Source: Hydrolagus colliei (lineage: Eukaryota). From it: 64,000 bases of DNA. Under the pieces are notes generated by a model, which was not told where the DNA came from, ran no database searches, and saw only the letters and a program-made list of their open reading frames with translations. The stretch is from assembly GCA_035084275.1 (NCBI GenBank), contig CM068743.1, positions 130,386,001 through 130,450,000 of the forward strand, in the 5' to 3' direction. Positions 1 to 11,790 of this stretch are shown in pieces (the stretch's first letter is position 1; the number at the start of each line of letters is the position of its first letter). Position numbers and translations under genes: made by a program.

Positions 1-532
1 CTCTAGAATCACATACCTGCCAACTCTACGGATTTTCCCTATATACTTAAGAGTTTTTACATCTATGGGTCTACAAATTTAGAGAGGGTAAGTGTAGGAG
101 GGTGATGCGATTAAAGAGGATGGTCTTGAGACATTCCTTCAAGTAAGTAAGGGAGGAAGCGAGGCAAAGAGACTGTGGTATGGAGTTTCAATGGGTGAGG
201 GGCAGAGGCTGGAGGTGCGACCTCCGATAGTGTGGTTGACCAGGCGGGGTACAAGCAGCTGGATGGAACGGACAGCTCTTGTAGAGTTAACAGGTCACAG
301 TCTAAGCTCAAAAGCCTTTAAAGGAAGCAGAGATCGCCAGTTTTTTAAATCTGGCTCTTTTTATAACCACAGCTAAGCCAATCAGTATTAAGCTGTGGAC
401 GTTACATGGCTGGTGGAGTTTGAAAATACAGTGTAGGTGTTTAGCGTATGGAATAAATTTACATTGAAACAAGAATGAGCGCATTAAGTTAAGCATGTTA
501 TTTGTTTGATATTTTTATGCTCTAGTTATATA

Positions 533-1413
533 CAGGTAAACCACTATTTAGGACGGGGTTGCGTTCCTGAAAAACGGTTCTCAGATTGAAACATAAATCG
601 AAACGCGGTTTCCCATGCAGTCCCATTATATAACCTGAGATGCGTTCTTTTCACAACATTTTTGGACCTTAAACCCACTAAATAACACACAAAACACACA
701 AAATAACACACATAAGCAAGAAGGGGTACTTGGGGTAACTGTAGAGTATTGTACTTAATACTGGCAAATTTTAATACAGTCCTATGTTTTGATAACCTGC
801 TTGCACCTGTAGCTGTAACACATCTTGAACTTGCCAGTATATTCTTCTGATTTATAGTAGCCACCGTCAATCTAGCTAGCCCTAAAGCCCTCCCGACGTC
901 CGTACCTTTTTTGCCAGACTCAATGCGCTTTATCACCTCCAATTTGGCATTTAAAGTGATGACTTTGTGAGGTTTCTGGCCGCTAGCAGTATTACCGCTG
1001 CTCATTTCACTTACTGCTCTTGCTAGAAACTCGGTAGAGGCTGTAAATCGCTCGAAGTTCAGAATGTTCAGAAATTACCGTAATACTGACATGGTGCGGT
1101 GTCGCTTCAAAATCAGCTGACTTTTAAACAATGACATAGCGACACGCTATTGGCCAGTTCAAACGCTTGGATACTATATCAGGTGCAAGCGCGATTTACC
1201 CGCGAATACACTATGGACTGTGCGTATGGACAAAAAGGACGCGCAAAAAAAAAAAGACTGCGATATTCAAAATATGTACTGCGCATGCGCAAAAAAGAAA
1301 TTTGTTCGTTAAAACGAAACCAAGTCTCCTATATCGATAAAAAGGTGTTTCAAAATTATGTTTGTTCTATCAAAACGTCCTAAATAGAAGCGTCCTTAAT
1401 CAAGGCTTACCTG
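533..1413 (-). mobile_element. Internally deleted Tigger/pogo-like DNA transposon (881 bp)
   Basis: TA on both sides. Imperfect TIRs CAGGTAAACCACTATTTAGGACG / CAGGTAAGCCTTGATTAAGGACG. The internal ORF has a Tigger-type N-terminal HTH. Confidence 0.85.
544..1005 (-). pseudogene. Truncated Tigger-like transposase (N-terminal CENP-B/psq-type HTH only)
   Basis: KPHKVITLNAKLEVIKRIESGKKGTDVGRALGLARLTVATI is typical of Tigger1-like N-termini. No DDD domain follows. Confidence 0.8.
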
Positions 1414-3175
1414 TATGGTGGTTTGGTTTACATTTCAGTAAAGAATTCTGTAAAAATTGATTTTTGTTATTATCAGTTTTTAAGTAACATAAAATTGCAT
1501 TGCAGAACTATGGAAAATCTGCTTTTACTGCTGTGTTTTTTTTGAGGCACACTGAACCAGGTTAATATTAATGCCGCTAAAATCTATTGTTTTTTTAAAC
1601 AAATCTACAGGGTTTTTTCTGAACACCTGCGTTTTTTCTTCTATACGGTTGGCAGCTATGATATCAAATACAATCATTATTATCAACAACAACTACTACA
1701 AAATTACAGTTGTATAACGCCTTTCACGTCAGGAGGACGTCCCAAGGTGCTGAAAATCAAGTGTGGTCACTATATTTTGTGAACACAACAGTCATTTGTC
1801 AGACAGCAATGTCCCACAACCAGGGATGAAACGAATGACCAATTTTATCCAATGGGTTGTTGCCCAAGGTTTAACTGGGTTAAACTCCCTTTTGTGTTTT
1901 CGGAATAGGAGCATTGGATCTTTAACGTGCACTGAGCAGACAGAGGGGATCCTAGTTTAATATCTCATCTAACAATGCAGCACACCAGCACTGCTCTGAA
2001 GTATTATTCTACAATAACAACTTGTATTTACATAGGACCCTCCACGCAGGGTTGTGTCTCAGAGTGCTTATTCTAGATGGTTGAGCTCAAACCCCCAAAT
2101 TGAGGCTTGGACCCAGAACCTCTGACTCGTAGATGAGACTACTGCAAACTAAGCCAGGCAGATGCACTCTTGGCCAGGCCACTGAGAGAAACTCCTTTTC
2201 CCTTTGTGAATAGTGTCATGTGGTCTTTAAAATCCACATGAATAGGCAGACACATCATTTTATAAACCGGTAGTGTCATTTTACCAATATAGTATTTAAC
2301 ATATGTTGGAAATGTGTAGGAGAAATAATTAATAAGGAAATGTTTACCATGGAAAAACACTATAAGATATGTGATTTATAGCTCTGTGGGATGGCTGGAG
2401 ATGTTTAACAGAGTGGTATAAGAAGTGATGATAGAAAATTACTTAGATACAGTACGGCAACAAGACATTTGACTCAACTAGTCCATGCAAACATAACAGT
2501 TAATTTTCAAGAATCCGGACTTGGAAAAATAGCAACCAAGTTTGGAACTATAAATACTGAAGCTGTATTGCAAGTTCTATTGCAAGTTCACAACCTGCAG
2601 ATTATATTTGAAGAAAAATCAAATGAAACTGCCGTGAATCTAAAAGAGATAAAGGAACAAAGGATCTGGTGAATTAAATTCACAGAACTCATAAAGAGCA
2701 ACACAGGTGGACAAGATTATATTTGTTTTTTTTATGGCCTTATACCGTGCTGTAAATATTCATTTCTCATGGCACCATAACTTTTATCGCAGTACAGTCA
2801 GCAAACCCGCAGCAATAGGGAGTTATTTACTCTGTTGGATTTCAGAGTACAAACACCTACATTATCTGTGAGTTGTCTAATACTGCAAATTAGAGTCATA
2901 TCAGTCTCATATTAACACCTGATGCAAATTTCCTGTGGGTTTCAGTTGTAAATCAAACATCAATGCATTAAATGCTTCCAAATGAACAACTCATGACCAT
3001 GTTCATTATAAATCCTGTACAATCTGTTCAGTTTAACATTTGGTTTGGTCATGGAAAAAATGTAATCATTGGGGTTAAATCCATTCAGTGAGCAAAATAT
3101 CTTCCTTTATTCATAGCAGACTTTATCTATTTCGTACAGATTGAACTATCTCCTGTGTTACTGAATTTACACTCA

Positions 3176-3540
3176 GGAAGATGTCCCAAGGCATTGAACA
3201 GTCAGGGTCATTTGGACTCAAGCGGAGGGGAGTGGAAGAGAGTGTAGGGTAAGGTAGAATAATGGCCGAAGGCTTGTGGCATACCTTTGAAGGAGACAAG
3301 AGAGGGAGTGAGGCAAAGCGAATGTGGGATGGATTTCCAGAGGGAGAGAGACGGAAGGCCCGGCTGCAGATGGTGGAGCACGGAGCAAGTCGGAGCCTGC
3401 TGAGCAGAGGGAGTGGACAGGTTGATCAGGAGAGGTAGAAAGCGGCAAGGCCAAATGAGGCCTTGAAGGTGAGGAAAGGATTTTGAACTCAGTCCTTTGA
3501 GGGATGGGGAGCCAGTGGAGCCAGGAAAGCGTAGGTATGT
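3176..3540 (-). mobile_element. L2 LINE 3' fragment
   Basis: Translates to LHWLPIPQRTEFKIL, the L2 ORF2 C-terminal motif. Confidence 0.8.
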
Positions 3541-4920
3541 TAGGGTTATGGAACTTAATGCATTTGAAGAATGCATTAAGTTCCATAACCAAAAACATTA
3601 AGCTGCAGAATTCTAGATGATTTGCAACTTGTGGAGATTGTGGAATTATTTGCTCATTTAATGCACAAAAGAGCAGAAATGTACAGTAGTGGGGCATAAT
3701 ATTAAATTCGGCGCGAAGCTGGTTAAAAGTGAAGGCAGAAAACATTGCTTCATAGAAATGATTGTGAGAAAATATAGTGGTAGGTTATAAATGCAGAATT
3801 GATTGAGGTGCTGAAATGCAGATAGATTATGGTAAATCAGAGTATTAAGAGATAACTATTGTTGCATTTGATTTAGCATCTTTCAGGTCAGAAAGTATTT
3901 CACAGGATTTACTGTGAAGTCCAGTGTCTCATATTTTGCAGGCTGTGATTCATAGAATAAAAGTATGAACTTTTGCAACAACTACAATAGCAACTTGCAT
4001 TTATATTTTCCAGATCACCATCTCCTTTAATTATAAATCCCATCTGTCAATCTGGTGAATATAACGGGACCATCTGTTATTGCTATTTTCCAAAGAAATT
4101 GCTTACATTTATCCACAATTGAAATTATTTGGGACATTTTTACAGAGTACTCATGATTACAAGACATTACGAATACAAATTAGCTACCATGCTGTATTAC
4201 AATAGTCACTTGGTTTCCTAGCAATTGTATTTTATAATAATTGTATCATACATTAACATTGTTCTATGACAAAATATTTTTCTGAATGTTCTTTTGTTCA
4301 TGTGTATGTGTGAATCAACATGGATGAGAGAACATGCATCACCTGTTGAATATTGTAAGAAGATGAATTTGAATGCAGAGCTGCAGTAATATTTATGCTC
4401 GTGTAAATATTATACAGCTGCAAATAGAGATAAAATAGTCTTGAGATGAAATATGTACTTATGTACTACAATAAGATTTTGTTCGGTATTTTAGAATTTA
4501 CAAAGACCAAATCAAGGAACAGTACAAAGGGATTCCTCTTCCATTATACATTCTTGTGAGTTGTATCCACTCTGTTTTTTCCCACAAATATTTCTCCAGT
4601 GATGTTGCGGATAAGCAGCAAAAGATTTTAATCTGCCACAGGACTGGGCTCGTTGTTATTTTATGAATGTTTGTACAGCTGCAAATAGATGTAAAATGGA
4701 AAGCCTTGGTCCCAGATTTGCAACTAAAGCTGTGGGTTAACATTATTTTATAATCACAACGTTTCCCTGCCCCCCCCCGCAACCGCCGCCCCCAATCCCC
4801 CCCCCCAACACCCCCCCACCACCCCCCCATCCCTTTCTTCCTTTTTTAGGAATATGTCAACAAACAAGTTTGGTTTCATTCTTGAGAGTTTACTTGACTT
4901 TATTGTACCTACAATTGCAG

Positions 4921-5099
4921 CCATCCATTGGTGTCCCCATTGTTAAACAGTGGAGACCTGCAGCAGTTCAGTTTAGAAGAGAATGGCGGAACACCATTTA
5001 CTGGGTCAGCTATTGGAGGGCGTCATCACTCTAATCATGGTCTGATCCCTTTGGAGCTGGAGGATATAGATAATTACCATTGTATGCCGAGTCCAAACA
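4921..5099 (+). CDS. EPB41L4B: EPB41L4B internal exon A (phase 2 to 1): HPLVSPLLNSGDLQQFSLEENGGTPFTGSAIGGRHHSNHGLIPLELEDIDNYHCMPSPN
   Basis: ttgcag acceptor and gtaagt donor at 5100. Resembles recalled human YPLPSPVLSSSDRLPFGIEENGGTPF...HHSNY. The phase joins the next exon. Confidence 0.88.
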
Positions 5100-5934
5100 G
5101 TAAGTACTGTACTATGATACCCATTTGAAGAACTTTGTTGAGAAATGTTAAGTGCTTGAATGTTTTTCAGATTGTGCATTGGCGTAACTATCTCATCATC
5201 AATAATAACAACTTGCACTTATATAGCACCCTCCACGCAGGGTGCAGTCTCAGAGCGTCTAGTCGATAACGGTTGGTGAATGTCTCATTTATGCTGTGAG
5301 TTTGCTGTTGACTGCGGGGAGAACCCGTGTTTTCCTGAGGTTGAAAGAAATAACTTGGCAGGTTCTGAGCAATTCAGCCTTATCTGTTTATGGACATGCC
5401 TTCAACTCGGGGCCAAAACGCGAGTTGTACAGTCCTTATTTGTCAAGTGCCATGCTCTGGTGGTTAACAATTTATGCTTGGAATACTTACTGTGCCAGAG
5501 ATATTTATTATGCCAGATATACAAACAATGTATGTGCAAATGAGTGCCATTGCCGATAATATTTAAGTGCATATTTATATGTAAGGCACAGGTGCCTGCT
5601 GCCGATTGCACCTGGCTCAAATCTAATTTAATGGTCCATTGGCAGAACTGGCTGGATCTTATCAAAATTTACTGCTAAATTGCAGACAATCTTGGAGGCC
5701 GACAACAACCCCAGGCTCTTTTTCTCCATCACCAACTGGCTCCTCCGCCCATCCTCTTCTCTGGCGCCAACTGCGAGGAGATGCTGGACTTCCTCGAAAC
5801 CAACTGCCTCTGCCCTTCCATCTGCTTCCCCCTTGGACCCCAGCCCCTTCCTTCACATCTTCGAATCTATTCTATCTCCCTCTATATACCACTATATACC
5901 ACTATAATAATAAAAATAATCCTTGCATTTGATA

Positions 5935-6750
5935 CAGGTACCCCACCCCAACCGCGCCCTCGACAACCGTGAAACTCACGCATCCACGGTTTGATAAATG
6001 TGACAACCCTCCCAAACACGTCCTATAACCCTTGCTTATCCACGGGTTTTAACACTAATACTAATACCAGAGTTTAGTGCTAGGACCCAGTTGCAGCAAC
6101 CAGCCTCGATGTCGCTTCGCACTAGCGTATAGCACTAGGACCCAATTGCGATGTTGCAATCAACCAGCGACAACGCTTTTCTTTTAGAATTAAGGTAAAT
6201 ACAGTAACATGAATTTATTGTTGCTTCTCTGCATCCTTTCTCTCTCTCAGTGTAAGTGGGCTATAGAAATCTCTGTCTCTCTCTCTCTGCTCAACTTTTC
6301 TATATTTCACCTTCTCTTCCCCCCACCCCCTCTCCCCCACCCCTCCTCCCCCACCCCTCCTCCCCCACCCCCCTTCTCTCTCACCTTCTCTCTATTTCAC
6401 CTTCTCTCTCTCTGTACCTGTGTCTAAAATAATACTTTTAACAATTGCATTGAATACCCTATATTTTAGTTATCAAAAGTCAAACCTAGTCTAAAAGTGT
6501 GACATTTCAATACAATTTTGAGCCAAAATTAAGAAGGCACAACAGATATAAATACAAAATAATGGTCTGAATCACTCCGAATGGTATGAAATGTGCTCTC
6601 TGAAACAACGTTTAAGATCTATAAAATATTGACAGGTTTGAAATACCAACTTATTAAAGTGATTCAAGTCTGGTAAAATGATCTTGAATAACATTTCCAA
6701 TCACTCATTTGTTTTCACTTCTTACTGAAAGCAACCTACTATAACCCACA
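5935..6750. mobile_element. Probable one-ended Tigger-like non-autonomous element inserted at a TA in a SINE tail
   Basis: The SINE tail aatccttgcatttgaTA is followed by CAGGTACCCCACCCCAACCGCG... No matching right TIR was found, so the right boundary is a guess. Confidence 0.45.
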
Positions 6751-6759
6751 TAAAACCAA

Positions 6760-7705
6760 GCACCTGCTCCCTCAACCCCATCCTTGCCCTTCTCCTTATC
6801 TGCCAGCTCTCCCTTCTTACTCTTCTATTCAAATATATCATAAATATCTCCCTGTCCACTTGCACCATTCCTTCCCTTTAAATACAGCCTTCATACAGCC
6901 TTAAAAAAGCCCTCCCTGGACCCAACCTGCTGTCAACTTTCCATCCCTTTTTCAAACCTCCCTTTCCTTTCGAGGTCCTGGAATGAGTCATTGCTTCCCA
7001 GCTTTACTCCTGCCTCTCCCGCCGCTCCCTTCACGAAGCCTTCCAATTGGGTTTCTTTACCGTGTGAAATACAGAAACTGCTCTGGTCAAAGTGACAAAT
7101 GACATTCAGTCTATCTGCAATCAGGACTTCCTCTGCCTCCTTGTCCTCCTTGATCTTTCTGCTGCCTTCGATACCATTGACCACTCTCCTCATCCACCAC
7201 CTCTCCTCACCTCAATATTCATGGTTCTGTCCTTGAATGGTTCAGATCCTACCTCTCATACCAACTCCACTTCAATTCCACAAATGGTTTCTTCTCTCGT
7301 CACACTGTCTCATGAGGTGTTCCTCAGGGTTCCATCCTTGATCCCATCCTCTTTAATATCTACATACTCCCTCTTGGTGACATCATCCACAGACATGGGT
7401 GAACATCCATATATCCACGGATGACAACCAATTCTATCTCTCTACCTCCACCATCAACAAGACCAAGGCCCTCCTGATTGGCTCGTGTCGGTATCTACAC
7501 ATCAGGCACTGACAGCATCACCATCCATGGATGCACACTCCACCTCACTCAGCCAGTCCGGAACCTTGGTGTCTTGTTTGACCCTCATCTATGCTTTATA
7601 CCCCATATCCGTGCCATGATCCCCAGCTGGGACCAAAACACTGATTGTCCAGTGGTTTGGGATGTCCTCCCTATGTGAAAGGTGCTACACAAATGTAATT
7701 TTGTA
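6760..7705 (+). mobile_element. Degenerate L2 LINE RT region, with an internal deletion before the tail
   Basis: [16 protein letters not shown] and VRNLGVLFDP motifs, and tail gtgaaaggtgctacacaaatgtaattttg. A related piece lies at about 5670-5870. Confidence 0.85.
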
Positions 7706-9531
7706 ATCAAAGTGATGTTAATGATAATAATATAATAATCCTTGCATTTGATATAGCGCTTTTCACATCTTATCGACGTCTCAAAGCACTTCACAGAATA
7801 TACTGTAAAGTGAATTGACTGTATTTGTTGGCGAATCGCGGCAGCCAATTGCGCACAGCAGTGTTAGTTCCTATCTGAATGATAATGGTTGTGCAATAGA
7901 TTATTTTTGTCTGTTATTAATAGGATGGTATGTGGGATTTTGGATTGCCAGCGTTGAATAACCTTGAACTTAATTACTGCAGTGGAAAAAAGATCTGATA
8001 CATTGAAACATTAATGTCGGCAGAGCACAGTGGAGCCTTTTGTAGAGACAGACATACAGTGGAGAAAGTTGGAAAAAAAAGTAAAATGTTGAAAATTGAA
8101 ATCTGCTGTTTTAAATCTAACCAACAACAACAACTTTGATTTATAAAGCGCCCTCTACGCCGGACTGCATCTCAGAGCGCTTCACAATAATGATCCCGGG
8201 CCCAATACCTAACCAAATTCCTAACAGAAAATAATGATTCAGGCAACAATCATATGGGGATGGTGGGTTTCAGGCCGATTGTTCCAGTTGAAGCTGAATG
8301 CCAAAGCTAGACTGAATACTGCAAATGCTGATCAAAATGCTGTTCATGGACAATAATTACTCAATTCAGGTTTTTTAAGAAGATACTGTAATAGTAATTT
8401 GTTCACTCAATCCACGGCTGTTTACTGATCACTGCTGTGTGTAATTGGCACAAGTGTTTTGGTCACAAAATCTACAATCAATTCACTTTATGGTGTATTC
8501 TATGAAGCGCTTTGAGGCGTCTCAATGATATGATAAAGCACTATAACAAACACAAGGATTATTATTATTTTTCCAAATCTGCTTGTATCAGGTGTGTCAC
8601 TGATTATTGAGCTGATGTCTTTTAACATTTGTTAGGGCTTCATATCTGATCTTCCTCCTTCTCACTGACATTTCCTATTGAATACTTGTTCTAGCAGCTG
8701 TTGTTCATAAGAACAAAGAAGGGGTCTATCATGGCCTTTAAAATCATATCTATATGATATGAGAGAGGCATTTTACTACTCACCTATGGCCAGTGACTCA
8801 TTTCAGAAAATCAATTTGCTTCATCGCACACATTCACTCTTATTTGTTTGATGACTCATGGAATAAAGTCTTTTAATGGAAAACACTTGCTTCCACTAGT
8901 TCTCTAAGTGCTGTTTTAGCTTTTTTTGAAAATAAAATAGTTTCAAATCTGTAGCCTCAGTTGCTTCTATTCCATTTTCTGGAGTGATTAGAATCCATCT
9001 CTTCTCTTCCACCAATCTCTCTCTGCCCGTGCCCCCCCCACCACCCCACCCCCATGCCACATATTTCTCTCCCCCCTTACCCTCTTTTCCTCCTTTCTCC
9101 CCAGCCCCATTTTCGCGACTGTTTGTGGGGACACTGCTGTGCACAATTTGGCTGCCATGTTTCGCCCACAGATATACAATTGGCTTTCCTGCTCTCCTTC
9201 CCCTATCCCAACCTCTCCCCTTACCATCTTTTTCCCCTTTTTCCCCTAGTCCCACTTCCATGACTGTTTGTGACACACTGCTGTGCGCAATTTGGCTGCT
9301 GCGTTTTGCCCACAAATATACAGTTATATATTCAGTTTTGCTGAAAAATTCTATAATTCTATGATTTAACAATAAAGCCAGTCCAGGAATTGTGATACCA
9401 TAATGATCAATAAAGTAGGATTTATTTTCTTGCCTGTTCGCAAGGATAACTTGTTTGTAAACTATTGTATTTCCATTGATGTATGTTTGCACAGTATAGC
9501 CCTTATGGAACTTTCCTCATTTCCTCATGTT

Positions 9532-9790
9532 GTGGAATCCTGTAGCTCAGTGGTTTGACCACTCGCCTTACAAGTGAGAAACCCTGGGCTCAATTCCCGG
9601 CCAGGGCAAAATCTTGGGCAGATTTCCTTTTGAGACACGCCTGACAATAATCCTTCAAAAAAACAATAATAAATTGGTAATTTCAATCCACAACTGCTTG
9701 TGGGACACTGCTGTGCACAATTGGCTTCCGCATTTCTCCTAGATATAGTCAATTCACTTTACAATATATACTGTGAAGCGCTTTGAAATT
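9532..9790 (+). mobile_element. tRNA-derived Deu-type SINE, near full length
   Basis: tRNA-like head (TAGCTCAGTGG), central GCTGTGCACAATTGGCT core and the start of an L2-like tail. Confidence 0.85.
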
Positions 9791-9900
9791 TTATCATCAT
9801 AAGTCATTGAGCTGTTTTTCCCATATGTTTGGACACATGAAATTCTCATTTGCGCTCTCTTTATTCTTGGCATATCCTTCCCATGCCCTATATCCTTAAT

Positions 9901-10130
9901 AAAAACGCAAAATACTGCAGATGCTGTAAATCTGAAACAAAAACAGAAGTAGCTGGGAACACTCACCAGGTCAGGCAGCATCTATGGAGAAAGGAAAGTG
10001 AGTCAACATTTTGGGTCCACGACCCTGACAAAGTTCTGCTGAAGGATCGTGGACCCGAAACGTTGACTCACTTTTCTTTTCTCCATAGATGCTGCCTGAC
10101 CTGCTGAGTGTTCCCAGCTATTTATTTTGT
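9901..10130. mobile_element. Palindromic Penelope-like (pseudo-LTR) remnant with a hammerhead-like core
   Basis: Inverted arms at about 9950-10026 and 10042-10120. Contains CTGCTGAAGGATCGTGGACCCGAAACGTT. This repeat type is typical of cartilaginous fish. Confidence 0.7.
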
Positions 10131-11445
10131 TGCCCTACATCCTTAAACTGTTGCTTCACTCCAATTGTTCTTCATCTATTCCATTTGTTGTTTTCATTTC
10201 AAGTTATTGAACTACTATTTAAAAAGTGTGAAATTCCAATTGTGATTTTCAGCACTTAAATTTTTTTTTAAATGGAGACCGGCTCAAGACTTCCACAATC
10301 CATTACCCAAGCTGTAACACAATTATTCTAAAACGCTCAATGGATAACTTTTAAAAAGTTAATTTGTAATATTTCTTCAGTCAAATGATTGATAAACTGA
10401 CACTTACATATAATAATGCTTCCAATTTTCTCTCAGAGGCATTTCAGGGTATTAATTGTAAAAAAGATTAATAACTAGCAAACATATGCAAATCGGTGAC
10501 AATATACTTGCATCCTCTTCTGTGACATTTGTAAATCACTTGTGGTTTGCTTTTATAATTTATAACGTTATCTGAATTGCTCAGTCATGTAGTTTGTAAC
10601 TCATTCCAATCTAGCTATTGTTTGCTACTGTAATTATTCTCTGAGGAATTAGCAAGTGGAAGTTAACACGCTGCTTTTGTGCTGGTGTTAATTGCAGTCC
10701 CAGCAGTGGATTGCTGTCATCTGCCACATAGAACAACGTGCATTTAGGTAGAGCCTTTCAAGATGGGTAGCATCTTGGAGGTCTCAACAATGAGTTTGAT
10801 GCTCAGCCAGTGAGAAAGGGAAGGTGTGCATAGACACTGTTGAAGGGGAAAGCCTTCAGATGTGTTTTGAACACTGGTAAAGAGGGACAAGGTGGAAGGA
10901 TTGAGGCAGATACAACAGAAACCTCACAAATAAACATCCTACCTTAACTGAAAAAATCAGATTTCGTCTCCCAAAAGATCAGTGAGGAAATTCCCCTTGT
11001 GATGTAGGACTGTACCAAAGAGTCTCAGCTTCAGTATATATTGTCTGTGCTGAGTTAGCTGATCTCTGCCAAGTCATGGTTAAGGTGCTGCAATTTCTCT
11101 GTGTTGTTGTGCTAGGATTGTCTTAAATAATAAATAATAATCCTTGCATTTGATATAGCGCTTTTCACGTCTTCTAGACGTCTCAAAGCGCTTCACAGAA
11201 CATACTGCAGAGTGAATTGACTGTATATTTTGTGGCGTGGCAGGTCAGGAGGACATCTTGAAGCGCGAGTCAATATTGAATGATGATAAGGTACAAAACA
11301 TTTTGAGACGTGCCTGTGTAATGTATAGACTCAGGTGGAAAATCACCCTCCCTGATCACTGGTGACCCTCCCACCTGGCAATTGGTATATGTCGGTGGGA
11401 GAGAGGAATGATTCATAATTTAGTACAAGAAAAATAGTTATGATA

Positions 11446-11790
11446 GGAGCTCTTGTGGCTTAGTGGTTAGAGCACTTGCCTTGCAAGCTGGGGAGACCAA
11501 GCTGGGGAGACCTGTGTTCGAATCCAGGCAGGTCAGGGCGAAACCTTGGGCAAGTTTCCTTACTCCACACGCCTAATAATAATCCCTCCAAAAAAAACAC
11601 AATAATAAAATTGGTCATTTCAATCCACGGCTGTTTGTGGGAGTCTGCTGTGCGCAATTGGCTGCCGCGATTCGCCCACAAATATACAGTCAATTCACTT
11701 TACAGTTTATTCTGTGAAGTGCTTTGGGATGTCGATAAGATGTGAAAAGCGCTATATCAAATGCAAGGATTATTATTATTATTATTATTA
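11446..11790 (+). mobile_element. tRNA-derived Deu-type SINE, full length, with a small internal duplication (aagctgggagacc)
   Basis: A box, B box GTTCGAATCC, core GCTGTGCGCAATTGGCTGCCGCG and tail AAGCGCTATATCAAATGCAAGGA(TTA)n. Confidence 0.9.

Noticed and set aside
4850-4920. Upstream acceptor (tttttag at about 4849) extending exon A
   Set aside because: It introduces stop codons in the exon A frame. The 4921 acceptor fits the homology.
8896-9492. 198-aa minus-strand ORF and other short ORFs in the track
   Set aside because: Low-complexity or SINE/LINE-derived, with no recognisable domains or exon structure.
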